A stretch of DNA of 63,142 bases, the filler included, from Stramenopiles sp. TOSAG23-3 (lineage: Eukaryota), in the NCBI GenBank assembly GCA_900128585.1. It is 12 parts of 12 records of this genome, joined end to end, with 100 filler letters (N's around TTAATTAATTAA, not from the genome) between each part and the next. Parts side by side here need not be neighbours in the genome. Positions count along the whole stretch, not along the records: positions 21,974 to 29,184 come from LT643185.1; positions 29,285 to 36,493 come from LT643186.1; 10 more parts are not named here. The stretch is one strand, 5' to 3'. Both the position numbers and the translations under genes were made by a program. Positions 22,007 to 33,765 of this stretch are shown here, piece after piece; positions within the stretch are counted from its first letter, which is position 1, and every line of letters starts with the position of its first letter. Below the pieces are notes generated by a model. That model was not told the origin of the DNA. It ran no database searches and saw only the letters and a list, made by a program, of their open reading frames with translations.

Positions 22007-24538
22007 TTAACATATTAGAACTCTCTTCTCTATACAAAAACTTAAAATATTAAGCAAGAGCCCTCTGTGCAGTATTTTAGCAGGACTCTTCTTCCCTAGT
22101 CGAGGCTGCGTACACATCCAGAATGCCGTTCGTTCAGGAATAGGGAGTTTCAAATTTTTTCTGCTGACGTACTCCATTCGTAGCCGAATTGAGTTTCCAA
22201 TTGCGTTCCCTCGAACATCAATCTTCGTCAAGGCAAGATTAGTCTTCAGGGATGAAATCAATGCCTCGATCACGCATTCATTGTCGTTTTTATACCCCAG
22301 TTTACGACCAACAAGACCATTGTAGCTTATGTCCAACTCTCTCATGGTGTGATTTTTGGCAAGCCATTGCGAAAATTTAACCATCGGATCAAAATTGGTC
22401 ATTTGGTCGGTTAAATTGCAGTGGGACACAGACAGGGTCTTTATGCAACGGTTTCTTAACAAAAACAACAGTTGCGTCGCGCCCTTCGAGCCCAATGGAC
22501 ACCACGAAAAGTCGACTGCAACAAGGCTATTCCACCCATAACGCAAGTTTGTGTTTAGAATGGCGAGCGCATTCGAGTCCATTCCTGCGTTTCCCCGTAA
22601 CGAGATGTGGCGCAATGATCTTCGTTCATACAAATCTCGTGTCGCAGGAATAGGTGCGGGTGGCTGAAATAAAACATGTAAGCCTGCCATTTCGATGTGG
22701 TTGCGACCAAGGAAAAGGTTTGCCATGACAGAATTAGGGCCCCGCGTCAGCACATCTAATTGAATAACGCCTTTGTTCTTAATATTATTGCTGGACATAT
22801 CCAACTCCGTCAACGTTTTATTATTTTTCGTCGCGGTGACAAACAGCTTTGCCCCCTGCTCTTTTAGGTTGTTTCTGCGCAAATCGAGTGCTCGCACAGA
22901 CGTATTTTTGCCCATTGCGAGAAAAAACTGCAAAATCCCGGAAGAGTCGTAGTGGTAACCATTCACGGTGGGGTCGGACGGATTGATTTTTTCTCCGCGA
23001 ACAATGTGGTTATTTGCCAGACGAAGCACACTCAACTTTTTTATTTCGTTGATGTGCTTTGCCAAAGCTGACAAATTTTTAGGTCGCAACCCACAGCTTG
23101 AAATGTCGAGGTATTTCAGCTTCTTGAACTGCCTATGCATGAATTTGATGATCGGCAATGTCGCAATATTGTACGCAAGCCCGGCGGAACTCGTCATGTC
23201 CATGGCGTCTGTTGATTCTGGAAGGTCTTGAAGTCTTTGTTCCCAACGACCAGTCTTAGCTTCTGCTTTTGATAATGAAATTATATGCACTTCTTCCGGA
23301 GGCCTTACCGCCTCCGCAAACTCATTCGTTAGCAAGTGGGGGTCCTGGTCTCTTAGCAAAAATGAACGTGGTTGAGACAACGAAGAGGCAACGGAGGGCT
23401 CACTCAGGGTGTTGCCGGTTCGACAGTGTGACTGTTGAGACAATGCCGGGTCTCCATGGATAGTATTCCAGCGCACCTGGACTCCAACCGCATTTGCATC
23501 AACATCTTTTGGTTTCCATTCCTTTTCAACTAGTACGTTTACTACTTGATGCAAAGCAGATTTAACTTCCCCCACAGTTTTCAGGTTCTGAAATATCTTA
23601 TATCTCCTGAAAGCCCCAATGGTCGGAAGTTTCAACCATTTTTGCTTAAAGGCGTTTTGGGCACCAGGTGTATTCACTACCTCAATTTTTCCTGCGCTCT
23701 CTGCCCTGTCATCGTTTGCCTCCAAAGCCCCTGTACAGATTTTATTACCTGCCAGAAATGCTGTCTCTATCATGGCATTTAAATCGCGTTTTGCCGTGGT
23801 TCGCGTGGTTCTATCGCTTTGAAGATTTTCGATCACAAGCAAAACGTGATTGACGTCAAACGTGAAACATGAAACGACCTCCAGCCCACGAAGCAGCATT
23901 TCGTATTTTGGGTGCTTTTGTGCCCGATACACCTTTTCAAATTGTTTCTCAGTGTAGGCCGATGCTCCTACGTTTCGCAAGTGCCAGGAATGCATATGAC
24001 GGGAAGACCATGTGCTTGAACCCATACGGCCTTTGGTAGGGCCTATACGAAAATTTTGTAAGTTTATTGAGGGTAAATGGCGGTCAAGCTTGACCCCTAC
24101 AATAGGGGTATTCATGCCGCTTGCAACATATACATCCGGCATTGACCCCATTTTAAACGCTGACTTTTCCGATAACACAAAAGGCTGAAATGGTTTTAGT
24201 CTTCGGCCAACAAATGTACCAAACTTAAGTTTACCAACAAAAGTCCCCCCACGAGAATTTAGATCGAACAAAATACAAGTGCTTTCGTTTTCAGACTTAT
24301 GTTGAACTATCATAACATGGGCAGGGGAAATGCTTGGGTGGTTAATCAAGACATGGGAAATGCTCAAGCGCGAACCTATAACGTGCACCGCTTTCGGATA
24401 CAGTTTCTTTGACGAAACTTCATTTTTCTTCCGAATATCTAACCTAAGGCGAAACCGAGCGGTGTCCGCCACCCATGAGGGCACGGCGGGTGTCTCAGCT
24501 TCACGGTCAGCGTCATACTTAAAACGTTCTAAATTCAT
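22007..24538 (-). CDS. FHA domain + RNI-like leucine-rich-repeat protein
   Basis: FHA: VIGSR..SHVLINHPSISPAH..LFDLNSRGGTFV. LRRs: LKYLDISSCGL, LSVLRLANNHI, VRALDLRRNNL, LTELDMSSNNI, MRELDISYNGL, LTKIDVRGNAI. Start uncertain. Confidence 0.85.
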   Translation of the reverse strand: MNLERFKYDADREAETPAVPSWVADTARFRLRLDIRKKNEVSSKKLYPKAVHVIGSRLSISHVLINHPSISPAHVMIVQHKSENESTCILFDLNSRGGTFVGKLKFGTFVGRRLKPFQPFVLSEKSAFKMGSMPDVYVASGMNTPIVGVKLDRHLPSINLQNFRIGPTKGRMGSSTWSSRHMHSWHLRNVGASAYTEKQFEKVYRAQKHPKYEMLLRGLEVVSCFTFDVNHVLLVIENLQSDRTTRTTAKRDLNAMIETAFLAGNKICTGALEANDDRAESAGKIEVVNTPGAQNAFKQKWLKLPTIGAFRRYKIFQNLKTVGEVKSALHQVVNVLVEKEWKPKDVDANAVGVQVRWNTIHGDPALSQQSHCRTGNTLSEPSVASSLSQPRSFLLRDQDPHLLTNEFAEAVRPPEEVHIISLSKAEAKTGRWEQRLQDLPESTDAMDMTSSAGLAYNIATLPIIKFMHRQFKKLKYLDISSCGLRPKNLSALAKHINEIKKLSVLRLANNHIVRGEKINPSDPTVNGYHYDSSGILQFFLAMGKNTSVRALDLRRNNLKEQGAKLFVTATKNNKTLTELDMSSNNIKNKGVIQLDVLTRGPNSVMANLFLGRNHIEMAGLHVLFQPPAPIPATRDLYERRSLRHISLRGNAGMDSNALAILNTNLRYGWNSLVAVDFSWCPLGSKGATQLLFLLRNRCIKTLSVSHCNLTDQMTNFDPMVKFSQWLAKNHTMRELDISYNGLVGRKLGYKNDNECVIEALISSLKTNLALTKIDVRGNAIGNSIRLRMEYVSRKNLKLPIPERTAFWMCTQPRLGKKSPAKILHRGLLLNILSFCIEKRVLIC

Positions 24539-25496
24539 ACCAACAAAACCATCGCGAGTCACAGGAACAGGAGAGATAACTCTGTATTATACAAACACCA
24601 GTGTTTTGCGTCTCAACACGTTCCCCCAAAAGGAATGATGAAAAATAGATAAAATACTGCGCGGAATTGGTCAATAAGCACAGAATCCCCTTCTAAAATC
24701 GTAACGGAAAGGAGGAGAGGAGGAGATAGAAGGAGGAGGGAAGAAGTGTTATATAATTATTTTTTAGTTGTACCAATTTGTAGAAGAGGCAGGAGGAAAG
24801 AAAAAGAGAAGAGTTCGCATTCATTTACTACTGTAACTACAATGAATCGAGATTTATGTAATGTTTTACTGTAGTATAAATTTATAGTCTATCAGGTCAG
24901 TTGTTTTTGTATTCACTATTGTTAGCTCGTAGACTAACGCATATATTCCCATCCTCTGCCCATTTTATTTTATCCCGTTGGTCAATAATTTAAATCAGAA
25001 AGTACGAAAGAAACTGAACATTTTCTTTTTTCTCCTTGTTAGAACAGGTAGCGGTCTTTTTAGCAGGTACGTATCGAAGAATTATAAATTTATTTAAAGA
25101 TTATTAATGCTGTAATACTGTATATAATAAATATACATATAAATAGCATTAATTAAAAAAGAAGGAAGGAGTCGGTTTGTAAATGACTGTGGAGAAAGTG
25201 AGGGGGATGCTGTGTTTGTGTAAGTAGTATTACCTGGCTATTCCCTTTACAGTCCCTTTCTAAATGTATTGGAAAACCAACCTTGGATCAGCAAGTCAAG
25301 ACAAAAAGACCCAATTGGAACCTTCGCAAGTATGTGATGCGATTCGATCGTTGCTGCTTTCACATTTCTTTAGCGAGGAATGTTCGGCTGTCAGCGCACA
25401 TTAAATTTTTATAAAGAAAGTTGTTTCGTGATAGGAAATACAACTGTTCGTACCACTTCATTTGTAGCGCGTCGAAATATGGTAGCAGTTCAGTGT

Positions 25497-28400
25497 ATGA
25501 GCACGGCCACTGTGCTGCTGCTTGCCTTTTGTTGCAGCAATGCCCTTGCGATTGATCCACAGCCAGCGCAACCAGCTTGGATCCCTCCAACGCCGGGTTG
25601 GAAGATTCAGCCTTGGGAAAGCCGTAGTGTGGGGGGTGGGGTCCCACCCGATAGTGTAAATTACCAGTCGAAAGCATTTACGACGCCTTTCGCGACAACA
25701 GGAGAAGTCTCAAGGGGGGCTATCAACGAAGCTTTCCACGCTCCGTCGTTTCAGTACGCAGGTGCTTCCGGGGGACTCCAAGAGGGGGCGATGATGTGCG
25801 CCCAGCAGTGTCTTACAGCAGCGGCAGTTAAAGCCAACGTGAACGGAAAGGATGAAGCTCATAGAAAAGAGATGGCAGAGGGTTGTTTAGAAGGTTGCGG
25901 GGTGAAAAACCCCACAGGCCACATTTCCACGCTTGTGGCCTCTTTTGTTGCAGGCGATCCTCTTTCACACGTTGGAGTAGGTCACTTGGCGTGGCTTGGA
26001 ATGATGGGCGGCAACGTTGGAGGTTCTGTGCACCCAACGACGTTTGCGCACGAGTCTTGCTACCAGGTGGCAGTATCTGGGTTTACCAAGGAAATCAAAA
26101 TCAAGGAAGCCCAAACAAAGCTGCTTGGGTGCAACAACTTTGGGACTATCGGGGACTTGTCCCTTCCTCACCAAGCGTGTATCATGGGCGTCATGAATGT
26201 ACTAAGCGGCGTCCCGGATGCTACTGGCACCCAGATACTGAAAGCGATCGGATCGAAAGACTGCGAAGAATCTGGCAATGCTTGTTCATTGCGAAAAGCT
26301 TTACGGAACTGCGACCCTCTGCTTTTTGCCGGGGAAAATCCAAATGTAGCAGCCCAGGCAGCCCAAACTGCGGCATCTGCCAGGCAGCACCCTGGCCTTT
26401 ACGCAGGGCACGCGGCTTGTTATAGTGCTGTTTTGGGCACTGCTGACAAGGAAACTAGTATCTCAGTGTTTGCCTCTAAATTTGAAGGCTGCCAAAGTGG
26501 GGGGTATGGTTCCCCGGCAATGCCTCATCACGCATGCGTGACAGGCGCCCTCTCCATACTCGGGGCAGACGGGAAAGCGAAAGTTGACGACGACATGAAG
26601 AAACTCATTAGGACATGCGATTCATTCTTAACGTATGGATCGTACGGGCACGCGTATCCATTCCACCCGACGTATCCGCATCCAATTGTTCCAGGCGTGA
26701 TCCATCCAGGCGTTGTCTACCCAGGCATGATCCACCCAGGCGTTGTCTACCCAGGCATGATCCACCCAGGCGTTGTCTACCCAGGCATGATCCAGCCTGG
26801 AATTCCCCACCCAGGGGTATTCCCTCCAACGTTCCCGACGACCGGCCATTGCTCGTGCTACCACAACGCACTGCTGTCGCTCACCGCGGAGACGAAGCCT
26901 GAAGACATGAAAATGAAGTTTACTACGTGCGGCACCTTCTCTTATGAAACTCCTGCAGCGCAAGCGCACCAGCTGTGCATCATGCAGACGATGGGTAGCG
27001 AGCAAATGAAAGAGGCCAAGGACTTGAATGGAATCAAATTGAATTTGGCCGCCTGCAATGCACATCTAGTTGGGGCATGCAATGCTGTGCCTGGATTGGG
27101 AACTGCGCCGGGCAGTGCTGCGTCTTATGTCAATGCGAATGTTCATCCTTTGAATGGAATAATTCACCCATTTGCGGCAGGCATCGTGCACGGAACGCCA
27201 CTCGGGAACAATGCCATGCACTGCTATCAATTAGCAGCCGCTGCTATTAACGAAAAAACCACCAAGACGGATCTTCTTCGCACCGTAGGACAGTGTCATA
27301 CTGGCCCTGGCCACCAAGGCTGTGTCGTTAAGCACATTACAGACGCGAAGGACGCTGAAGGCTTCAAAACCGCTTTGAAAATGTGTGAAGCACTGCTTCA
27401 TAGTGCACCCCTCGCGTCTTCGGTTGGTGTTCCGTACATGGGAAACTATCAGTCTCATCAAGCATGTTACGCGTCCGTTATGGGGTCTTTGACCGACGAA
27501 AATGTGAAATCGTTGCCTGATCACCTGACGGCCTGTGCACCTTTAGTAGGTGGCAACCCAGGGCTAGCTGCCCATCAGACTTGCATTATGAACATGCTTA
27601 AGAACGCCGGGGGTGCAGCCGAGAGCGTTAAAGATATGAAAGCGTTGCTAGGAAAATGCGATGCGGTGCTTTGGTCTGGCGGTATGTATCTCCATGGCGG
27701 CTTTGAAGCCAGCGCCCACACTTCGTGCATCTCTACTGGATTTGCTGGCATCAACAAAGAGTCGAAGCCAGAAGATTTGATGCTTTCTATCCATGCCTGC
27801 GATCACCTCGCTGGTGTCAACCCGATCGCGACGGGATACCAGCAGTGCCTTTTGGCGTCAGTCAAAAGCAGCGAGGGAAAAGATGTAAATGCTGTCAAAG
27901 CGGACATCAGTGCCAAATGTTCCTCAATACTCGGCAACAGTGTCATTACAAGCGCGCATGGCCCCCAGGTAAACCCCAACGCAATAGATGCCGCATCGCT
28001 GTCTGGTCTCCCAATTCTGCAAGCAGCAGGGGCCGCTGGCTTAAACGGCAAGACAACACCTTTGTCTCACCAGGTATGTTATCAAATGACACTTTCAACC
28101 GCAACCAGTGAAATGTCAGCGGACGAGTTGGCGCACAAATTACAGCTTTGCGGAGCCTTTGCCCTCCCCGGAAGAAACTCTCCCTACGGTGCCACCGCGG
28201 TTTCGCACCAGGCCTGCATCACCCAAATTATGGTCCGGGAAAAGACCAAATCATTAAATGCCCTTGAGATCGCGAAGGAATTGCTTCCCATGTGTGATCC
28301 TCTCTTGTACCCGGGAACTGCATCCATGGACCATATCCACATGGACAATGGTGAGAAAGTGCCATTTATCCCAGAAGATGCCCACGAGCTGCCACTGCTG

Positions 28401-29184
28401 TACCCAACGTACGCTGTGGCCCCGAGGAGTGTGCACCCAGCGGTAGTTCACCCTGCACTTGGAAACATCCCTCCAGCGTTGGAAGCAATTCTCACACAAC
28501 AAGAGCCACCCGGAGGGATTGAAAGTGCTATGAAGAGCAAATACAAACCTGGCCCAATGTTGATCAGTCACGCGCCCTTGACTGTGCACCAGGCGGTAGA
28601 TCACCCGCACTCACTTCCTATGGCACATCACCATACGGCCGCGAGCCATTATGCCCCCTTCCATTCTGGGGTCCACCCTTCCTCAGTAGCACACCCTGCA
28701 GCCCACAATTTGATCCATTTCAAAGAAAAGGCTGCGGAGAAAAAGGTTTCTCACGCTAAAAAAAAGGTTTCACACTCTGAAAAGATGTCAAATGAAGCGC
28801 AATCGTTAGGAATTAAAGTGCAGCCGAAGGCAACTGCAAAGAAGTCGTCTGGTTCTGTCGTGGCCAACATGTTGAATAGGAAACCTTCGGCAAATCCTTA
28901 CAAGAAGATGATGGAGACTCCGTCCGAGTTGAAAACGAACTCCCTGTTTGACCGAATTGCCAGTGCGGGGAGCAAGAAATTACGAGGGGCATCACGAAAG
29001 CTTTTGTCGGTCAGCGAGGACAAGCCAACCAAAATGACCGTTTACTCGACAAATTACCTTAGTAATGATCCACAGGATGGATCAGGACCTGCCCATGCAG
29101 AAGATAAAAAGTTCAATGCGACCCTTGAATCAAATTTGAAACATATTATGCACGAGGACACCGTGGCAAGGTGCGTAGATTGTG
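25497..29184 (+). CDS. Large secreted cysteine-rich repeat protein, 3'-truncated
   Basis: Signal peptide MSTATVLLLAFCCSNALA; seven ~65-95-aa repeats with HxxC..C..HxxC..C; PG pentapeptide array; His-rich segment; runs into the linker. Confidence 0.82.
26691..26825 (+). repeat. 15/30-bp coding tandem repeat encoding PG pentapeptides (PGVIH PGVVY PGMIH ...)
   Basis: ccaggcgttgtctacccaggcatgatcca repeated three times within nine PGxxx units. Confidence 0.92.
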
Positions 29185-29286
29185 NNNNNNNNNNNNNNNN
29201 NNNNNNNNNNNNNNNNNNNNNNNNNNNNTTAATTAATTAANNNNNNNNNNNNNNNNNNNNNNNNNNNNNNNNNNNNNNNNNNNNGA

Positions 29287-29354
<68 letters not shown>

Positions 29355-29735
29355 AAAAGAAGACCGCATCCGTTGTTGAACAATACGCAGCAGAGTCGTT
29401 ATTCTGAAGTACTTGCTGTGTTTGTATTGTATTGTATTTTTTTATTTTTGCTGTTGTTTGCTGGTATATTACTGTAGTATGACAGTACGACGAAGAATGA
29501 ATGTGATGATTATTATATTAATTATTATGTGTTTATTATTTATTATTCCTCCAGCGCAGCCAGTATAGGTACATTTTTTTCTCCATTCTTACATTCTCTG
29601 TAGGTGTCTTTGGCAGTGTTTGAAACAAAATGGAAATCGTGGTGAAGAAATCAAGGTGGCCTTTTCAACTATGTAAATATTCATGTATATATGCATTAAG
29701 TGTAAGATCGGCTGCAGTACAAAGGCGTGAGCCTA

Positions 29736-32700
29736 ATGCCATTTGCTAGGGTTATTCGGCGGGAGGGCCTCATACAGCACGCCGATGAGTTGACCAACAA
29801 AATAGGGTCTGGGCTCGTTCAAATTGTTCAACAAGGGACCGAGTTTTATATGGACTTTATCAACATCAAAATACAAAATTCAGGGAAGCATAATTTGCAC
29901 GTTTACCTCGGGCAGAAGTGCAAGAGGGTTGGAGAGCAGTACCTAGACCCTTACGATGGTATAGAAATAACAAAAACTTTTAGTGTCGGGGGTGGCAAAG
30001 GGTACCCCCGACTGAAGATTGACGTAGGAGAGCCAGACGGTGCTTTTATGGGACCAAAGGTTACAAACAGGAGCCATGTCACCCAAAAGCTAGGAGAAAA
30101 CAAAGAGGGTGTGCACGGAAAGGATCCTTTAAGCTGGAAAGCTGTGTTTTTCGCGAAGCCGTGCGGCGAAAAACCGTTGACATCGGAAGCGAGTATGTTT
30201 TGTTACGCGCTGCTCAAGAAGCCCACCAACCTGGAACAATACACTGAAGCTGGAAAGCGGGGGAAAGAAAAAATGGCCAAAGAAAAGAAAATTCGGGAGG
30301 ATGCTATTTCAACAGAGAAAAATACATTAAGCTTAAGGGACGTGAAGCGGCAGTGCGCCGCGGCATTCAACAGCCTGGGGTTCAAACCCTCGACTGACGA
30401 AATTGACGTCTTCCAATTTCGCCAATGCTTAGAGTTTCTCGGGGTGTTCCTTACAGAATCCCGGATTATCAAATTGTTTAGAACTGCTGATCTGGACGGT
30501 GGCGGTTCAATCGACTGTGCCGAATTCGAAGTTGCATACCACATCAACGACATGTTAACACCATCGCATATCATCAGCCCCGTCGATGCTTTTGAAACGT
30601 TTGACAAAGAGCACAGGGGCGAAATAGACGAAATAGAATTTGTAGAATTGATGCACGCGCTGCAAGTCGAGAAAGATGAACAATCGCTGCAACATATATT
30701 TAGAAAACACGATTTGGACCAGTCCGGCAGTTTGGACTTCATCGAATTCAGGGATCTTTGGCTGCACGTATGCGACCAACAACATGAAATCGAAATTCGA
30801 AAGTATGTGCCAGCCCGATCAAGCAGTAATCTCCCATGGGTAAAACAAAAGATAAAGATGGAAAATATTCAAACCCTGCGCATTCTTCTGGAAAAAGAAG
30901 AAGCTAATGAGTACGATCAATTTGAAGGTGCCAAAAAGATAGTTTTAGAGATCCGGCACGAAGCCAGGTTAAAAAAGACAAAGAAAGCGGCTATCAGAAA
31001 GGAAATTAGAGCGAAAGAATCTCGTGTCGCGCGCAGGGAAACGGGGAAAATTGAGAGGGATTTGCGAAAGAAAGAAAAAGAACGACTGCAAGAGCAGAAG
31101 AAGCTGGAAAAAATTGAAAAGGGTTTAAAGGAAGAGCACGAAAAACAAAAAGATCTTCGAGCAGCTCGTATTATGAAAGAGCACAGGGCAAAGCGACTCC
31201 AAAACAATGAGCGAGAAGACGCAGAGCGCGAAGCTCGCGGGGAGCACTTGATTGAATTTCGCAACCTAGAGCTTCGCGTCGTCCCCGAAGCCATTTACAA
31301 GCCACGAAAAGCAAAGCTAATTTTGACATTTTTGCAGACTTTAGACTTGGCCAGGAACAAACTGGTTGCTCTACCGGAAACCAATTGCTTTTTCAACATG
31401 CCGTCTCTGAAAAAATTAGATGTTTCCTACAACAGTATTTCGTCCATGCCGGATGAGTTGTTTGACTGCACGGAATTGAAAATTATGAACTTTTACCACA
31501 ATTCACTGTCAATGATCCCCGAAAAAATTGAGCGCTTGGTTAAGCTGCAAAAGCTTAACGTTGCCGAGAACGCAATCATGATTTTTCCGGAGCAATTCTG
31601 TAACTGCACAACACTTGAATCGTTGATCTGCTTTAAGAATCAGCTGGTGAACCTGCCTGATAATTTTGGGAAACTAGTCCACTTGCACACGCTGGACGTT
31701 AGTGTAAACAAACTAATCGACCTACCTCGAAGCATTGGTGGATGTACCAGTTTAAAGTCCCTCAAGTTTGCATGGAACGAAATTGAAGTAATGCAGCCAG
31801 GCATATCGAATTTATCAGAACTAATATACGTAGATGGTTCCAGTAACTGGTTACGGTTTCTCCCCGATGACATGATGGCCTCCATGCGAAGCCTAAAACG
31901 GTTGGACTTTTCTTGCAACCGCCTTACCATTTTACCAGAATCTATTGGGGGCATGGAGACTGTTCAAGAATTAGACTTGTCCAGAAACTCCATCGTCAAT
32001 CTTCCACACGGCATCGGGGGGATGACCAGTTTAGAAACGTTACGAATACATTACAACGAAATCCCCTTTATACCAAAATCAGTAGGATTGCTGCGGCGTT
32101 TGAAAACATTGATCCTTCGAAAGAACAAGCTTGTACATTTACCAGCCGAAGTCGGGGGACTCACCGCTTTGAAAGAGATTGATTGCTCGTGGAATGCGAT
32201 GGAGGGCGAATGGCCACAAGAAATTGGGTGTTTAAACAAACTTGAAACGGCAACATTCGCATACAATAAGATAACGTCCCTCCCATACTCTGTGGGTGGG
32301 ATGACTTCCCTGAAAACGCTATCGCTCTCCAACAATTTGATAACGAAAGTGGCAGAGACAGTGGGAAACATGCTGTCGCTCGAAAAGCTAGATTTTTCAT
32401 GCAATAAATTACTTCAATTTCCCCACCGGGTATGTGATGCACAGTCCCTGACTCATTTGGATCTGAGCGGCAATTGCCTCACTTCCCTTCCCAGGGAACT
32501 TGCAAAATTGCGTTCGTTGAAGTTTTTGAGCGTTTACAACAACAGACTGAAGGCCCTGCCGTCGGAGTATGGTCCCTTGATAAGGGAATTGGATTCTTTC
32601 TATTGCGGGCGCAACCCATTCGAAACATTAAAACCAAAATGGTCAAACAATTGGACCCCGAAAGACACCTATTCTACTGCTTTTCAAAACGGATACACCT

Positions 32701-33338
32701 GCGGCGAAATACAAGATAAAGTGATGGAGGCACACTTGTGGTACCCCGACGCGTTTGAAGTGTGGCATAAGCTAGGTTTTGCGGACAATTGGCAGAAAGC
32801 GAAACTGTCGCGTTTCATCACGACTTGTCGGGCGCGCATGATGGGGAACTGGAGAGCACGCTTTGAATTGCCCATTGAACAATTTTTCTTTAAATGCAAA
32901 CACAACAATGGTCATGCAGTACGATACGATCAGTTGAGCGAGCAAGAAATAAGTGACCGGGAGGAAAACAAGAAAATAGCAAAGCAATGGCACGCCGACA
33001 GTGTCGTCCGCATAAGGGAAGCAATGTATGAATACGCCAATCGAGCGGCGTCCAGTTACCAATTTGACGAGTACGAGGTTAAGCGCCGATTTAAAAACTA
33101 CAAAAAAGATAAAGAAGCGCGGGATTTGTCCCAGAAAAATGAGGAAGTAAAGCAGTTGCGGGCAGTGTGTAAATTTCTTGAACAAAAGCAAGACCAGCGC
33201 GCCCGCGACCGTGCCACGGTTGAGGCCATGGAAAAGCGCCGAGAAATGGCCATGCTCAAGACTATTACGGCAAAACGGGTGATCCAGAAGAATTACGGGG
33301 ACGTGATTGAAAAGAGGACCCATACGCAGTGGAAATAA
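29736..33338 (+). CDS. EF-hand + coiled-coil + leucine-rich-repeat protein
   Basis: EF-hands DLDGGGSIDCAEF, DKEHRGEIDEIEF, DLDQSGSLDFIEF; charged coiled coil; about 20 LRRs of the LxxLxLxxNxLxxLP type. Confidence 0.9.
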   Translation: MPFARVIRREGLIQHADELTNKIGSGLVQIVQQGTEFYMDFINIKIQNSGKHNLHVYLGQKCKRVGEQYLDPYDGIEITKTFSVGGGKGYPRLKIDVGEPDGAFMGPKVTNRSHVTQKLGENKEGVHGKDPLSWKAVFFAKPCGEKPLTSEASMFCYALLKKPTNLEQYTEAGKRGKEKMAKEKKIREDAISTEKNTLSLRDVKRQCAAAFNSLGFKPSTDEIDVFQFRQCLEFLGVFLTESRIIKLFRTADLDGGGSIDCAEFEVAYHINDMLTPSHIISPVDAFETFDKEHRGEIDEIEFVELMHALQVEKDEQSLQHIFRKHDLDQSGSLDFIEFRDLWLHVCDQQHEIEIRKYVPARSSSNLPWVKQKIKMENIQTLRILLEKEEANEYDQFEGAKKIVLEIRHEARLKKTKKAAIRKEIRAKESRVARRETGKIERDLRKKEKERLQEQKKLEKIEKGLKEEHEKQKDLRAARIMKEHRAKRLQNNEREDAEREARGEHLIEFRNLELRVVPEAIYKPRKAKLILTFLQTLDLARNKLVALPETNCFFNMPSLKKLDVSYNSISSMPDELFDCTELKIMNFYHNSLSMIPEKIERLVKLQKLNVAENAIMIFPEQFCNCTTLESLICFKNQLVNLPDNFGKLVHLHTLDVSVNKLIDLPRSIGGCTSLKSLKFAWNEIEVMQPGISNLSELIYVDGSSNWLRFLPDDMMASMRSLKRLDFSCNRLTILPESIGGMETVQELDLSRNSIVNLPHGIGGMTSLETLRIHYNEIPFIPKSVGLLRRLKTLILRKNKLVHLPAEVGGLTALKEIDCSWNAMEGEWPQEIGCLNKLETATFAYNKITSLPYSVGGMTSLKTLSLSNNLITKVAETVGNMLSLEKLDFSCNKLLQFPHRVCDAQSLTHLDLSGNCLTSLPRELAKLRSLKFLSVYNNRLKALPSEYGPLIRELDSFYCGRNPFETLKPKWSNNWTPKDTYSTAFQNGYTCGEIQDKVMEAHLWYPDAFEVWHKLGFADNWQKAKLSRFITTCRARMMGNWRARFELPIEQFFFKCKHNNGHAVRYDQLSEQEISDREENKKIAKQWHADSVVRIREAMYEYANRAASSYQFDEYEVKRRFKNYKKDKEARDLSQKNEEVKQLRAVCKFLEQKQDQRARDRATVEAMEKRREMAMLKTITAKRVIQKNYGDVIEKRTHTQWK

Positions 33339-33451
33339 TTCCTCGAGCGATGACAAGCTGAGCGTGACGAGGCGTATGCATTGGTGGCGCATAAGAACTT
33401 ATTTATATAGCACTGCTACTGGCTCTTATTCTGTCATTTGTCTACATGTAC

Positions 33452-33549
33452 TTAACTAAGCTTCCCATAGTTGACTAACGATAATGCACAACATGCCTAA
33501 CGGCATGCTGTGTACCTGGTAGAGGCGCAACTATGGGAAGCTTAGTTAA
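33452..33549. repeat. 98-bp fold-back / MITE-like element with 22-bp perfect arms, TTAA at both ends
   Basis: ttaactaagcttcccatagttg (33452-33473) and caactatgggaagcttagttaa (33528-33549); inner stem cacaacatgcc/ggcatgctgtg. Confidence 0.85.
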
Positions 33550-33765
33550 CAGTAACTTTAGAATACCAATCAGTTTCAATTTCACCGTACTGTAAATAGG
33601 GTTTGAGACTACGATAAATCGATAGGGTATTAACCACCTTCAATTTTGTTCGTACTGTTTTAATAGGTGCAATTTTTTTCATGCATAGGGTTCGCAGCTT
33701 GTTTCATCAGCCAATGTTTTTTAATACAATTTTTACTTTACTTGGCAAAATCATTGATTATTGTT

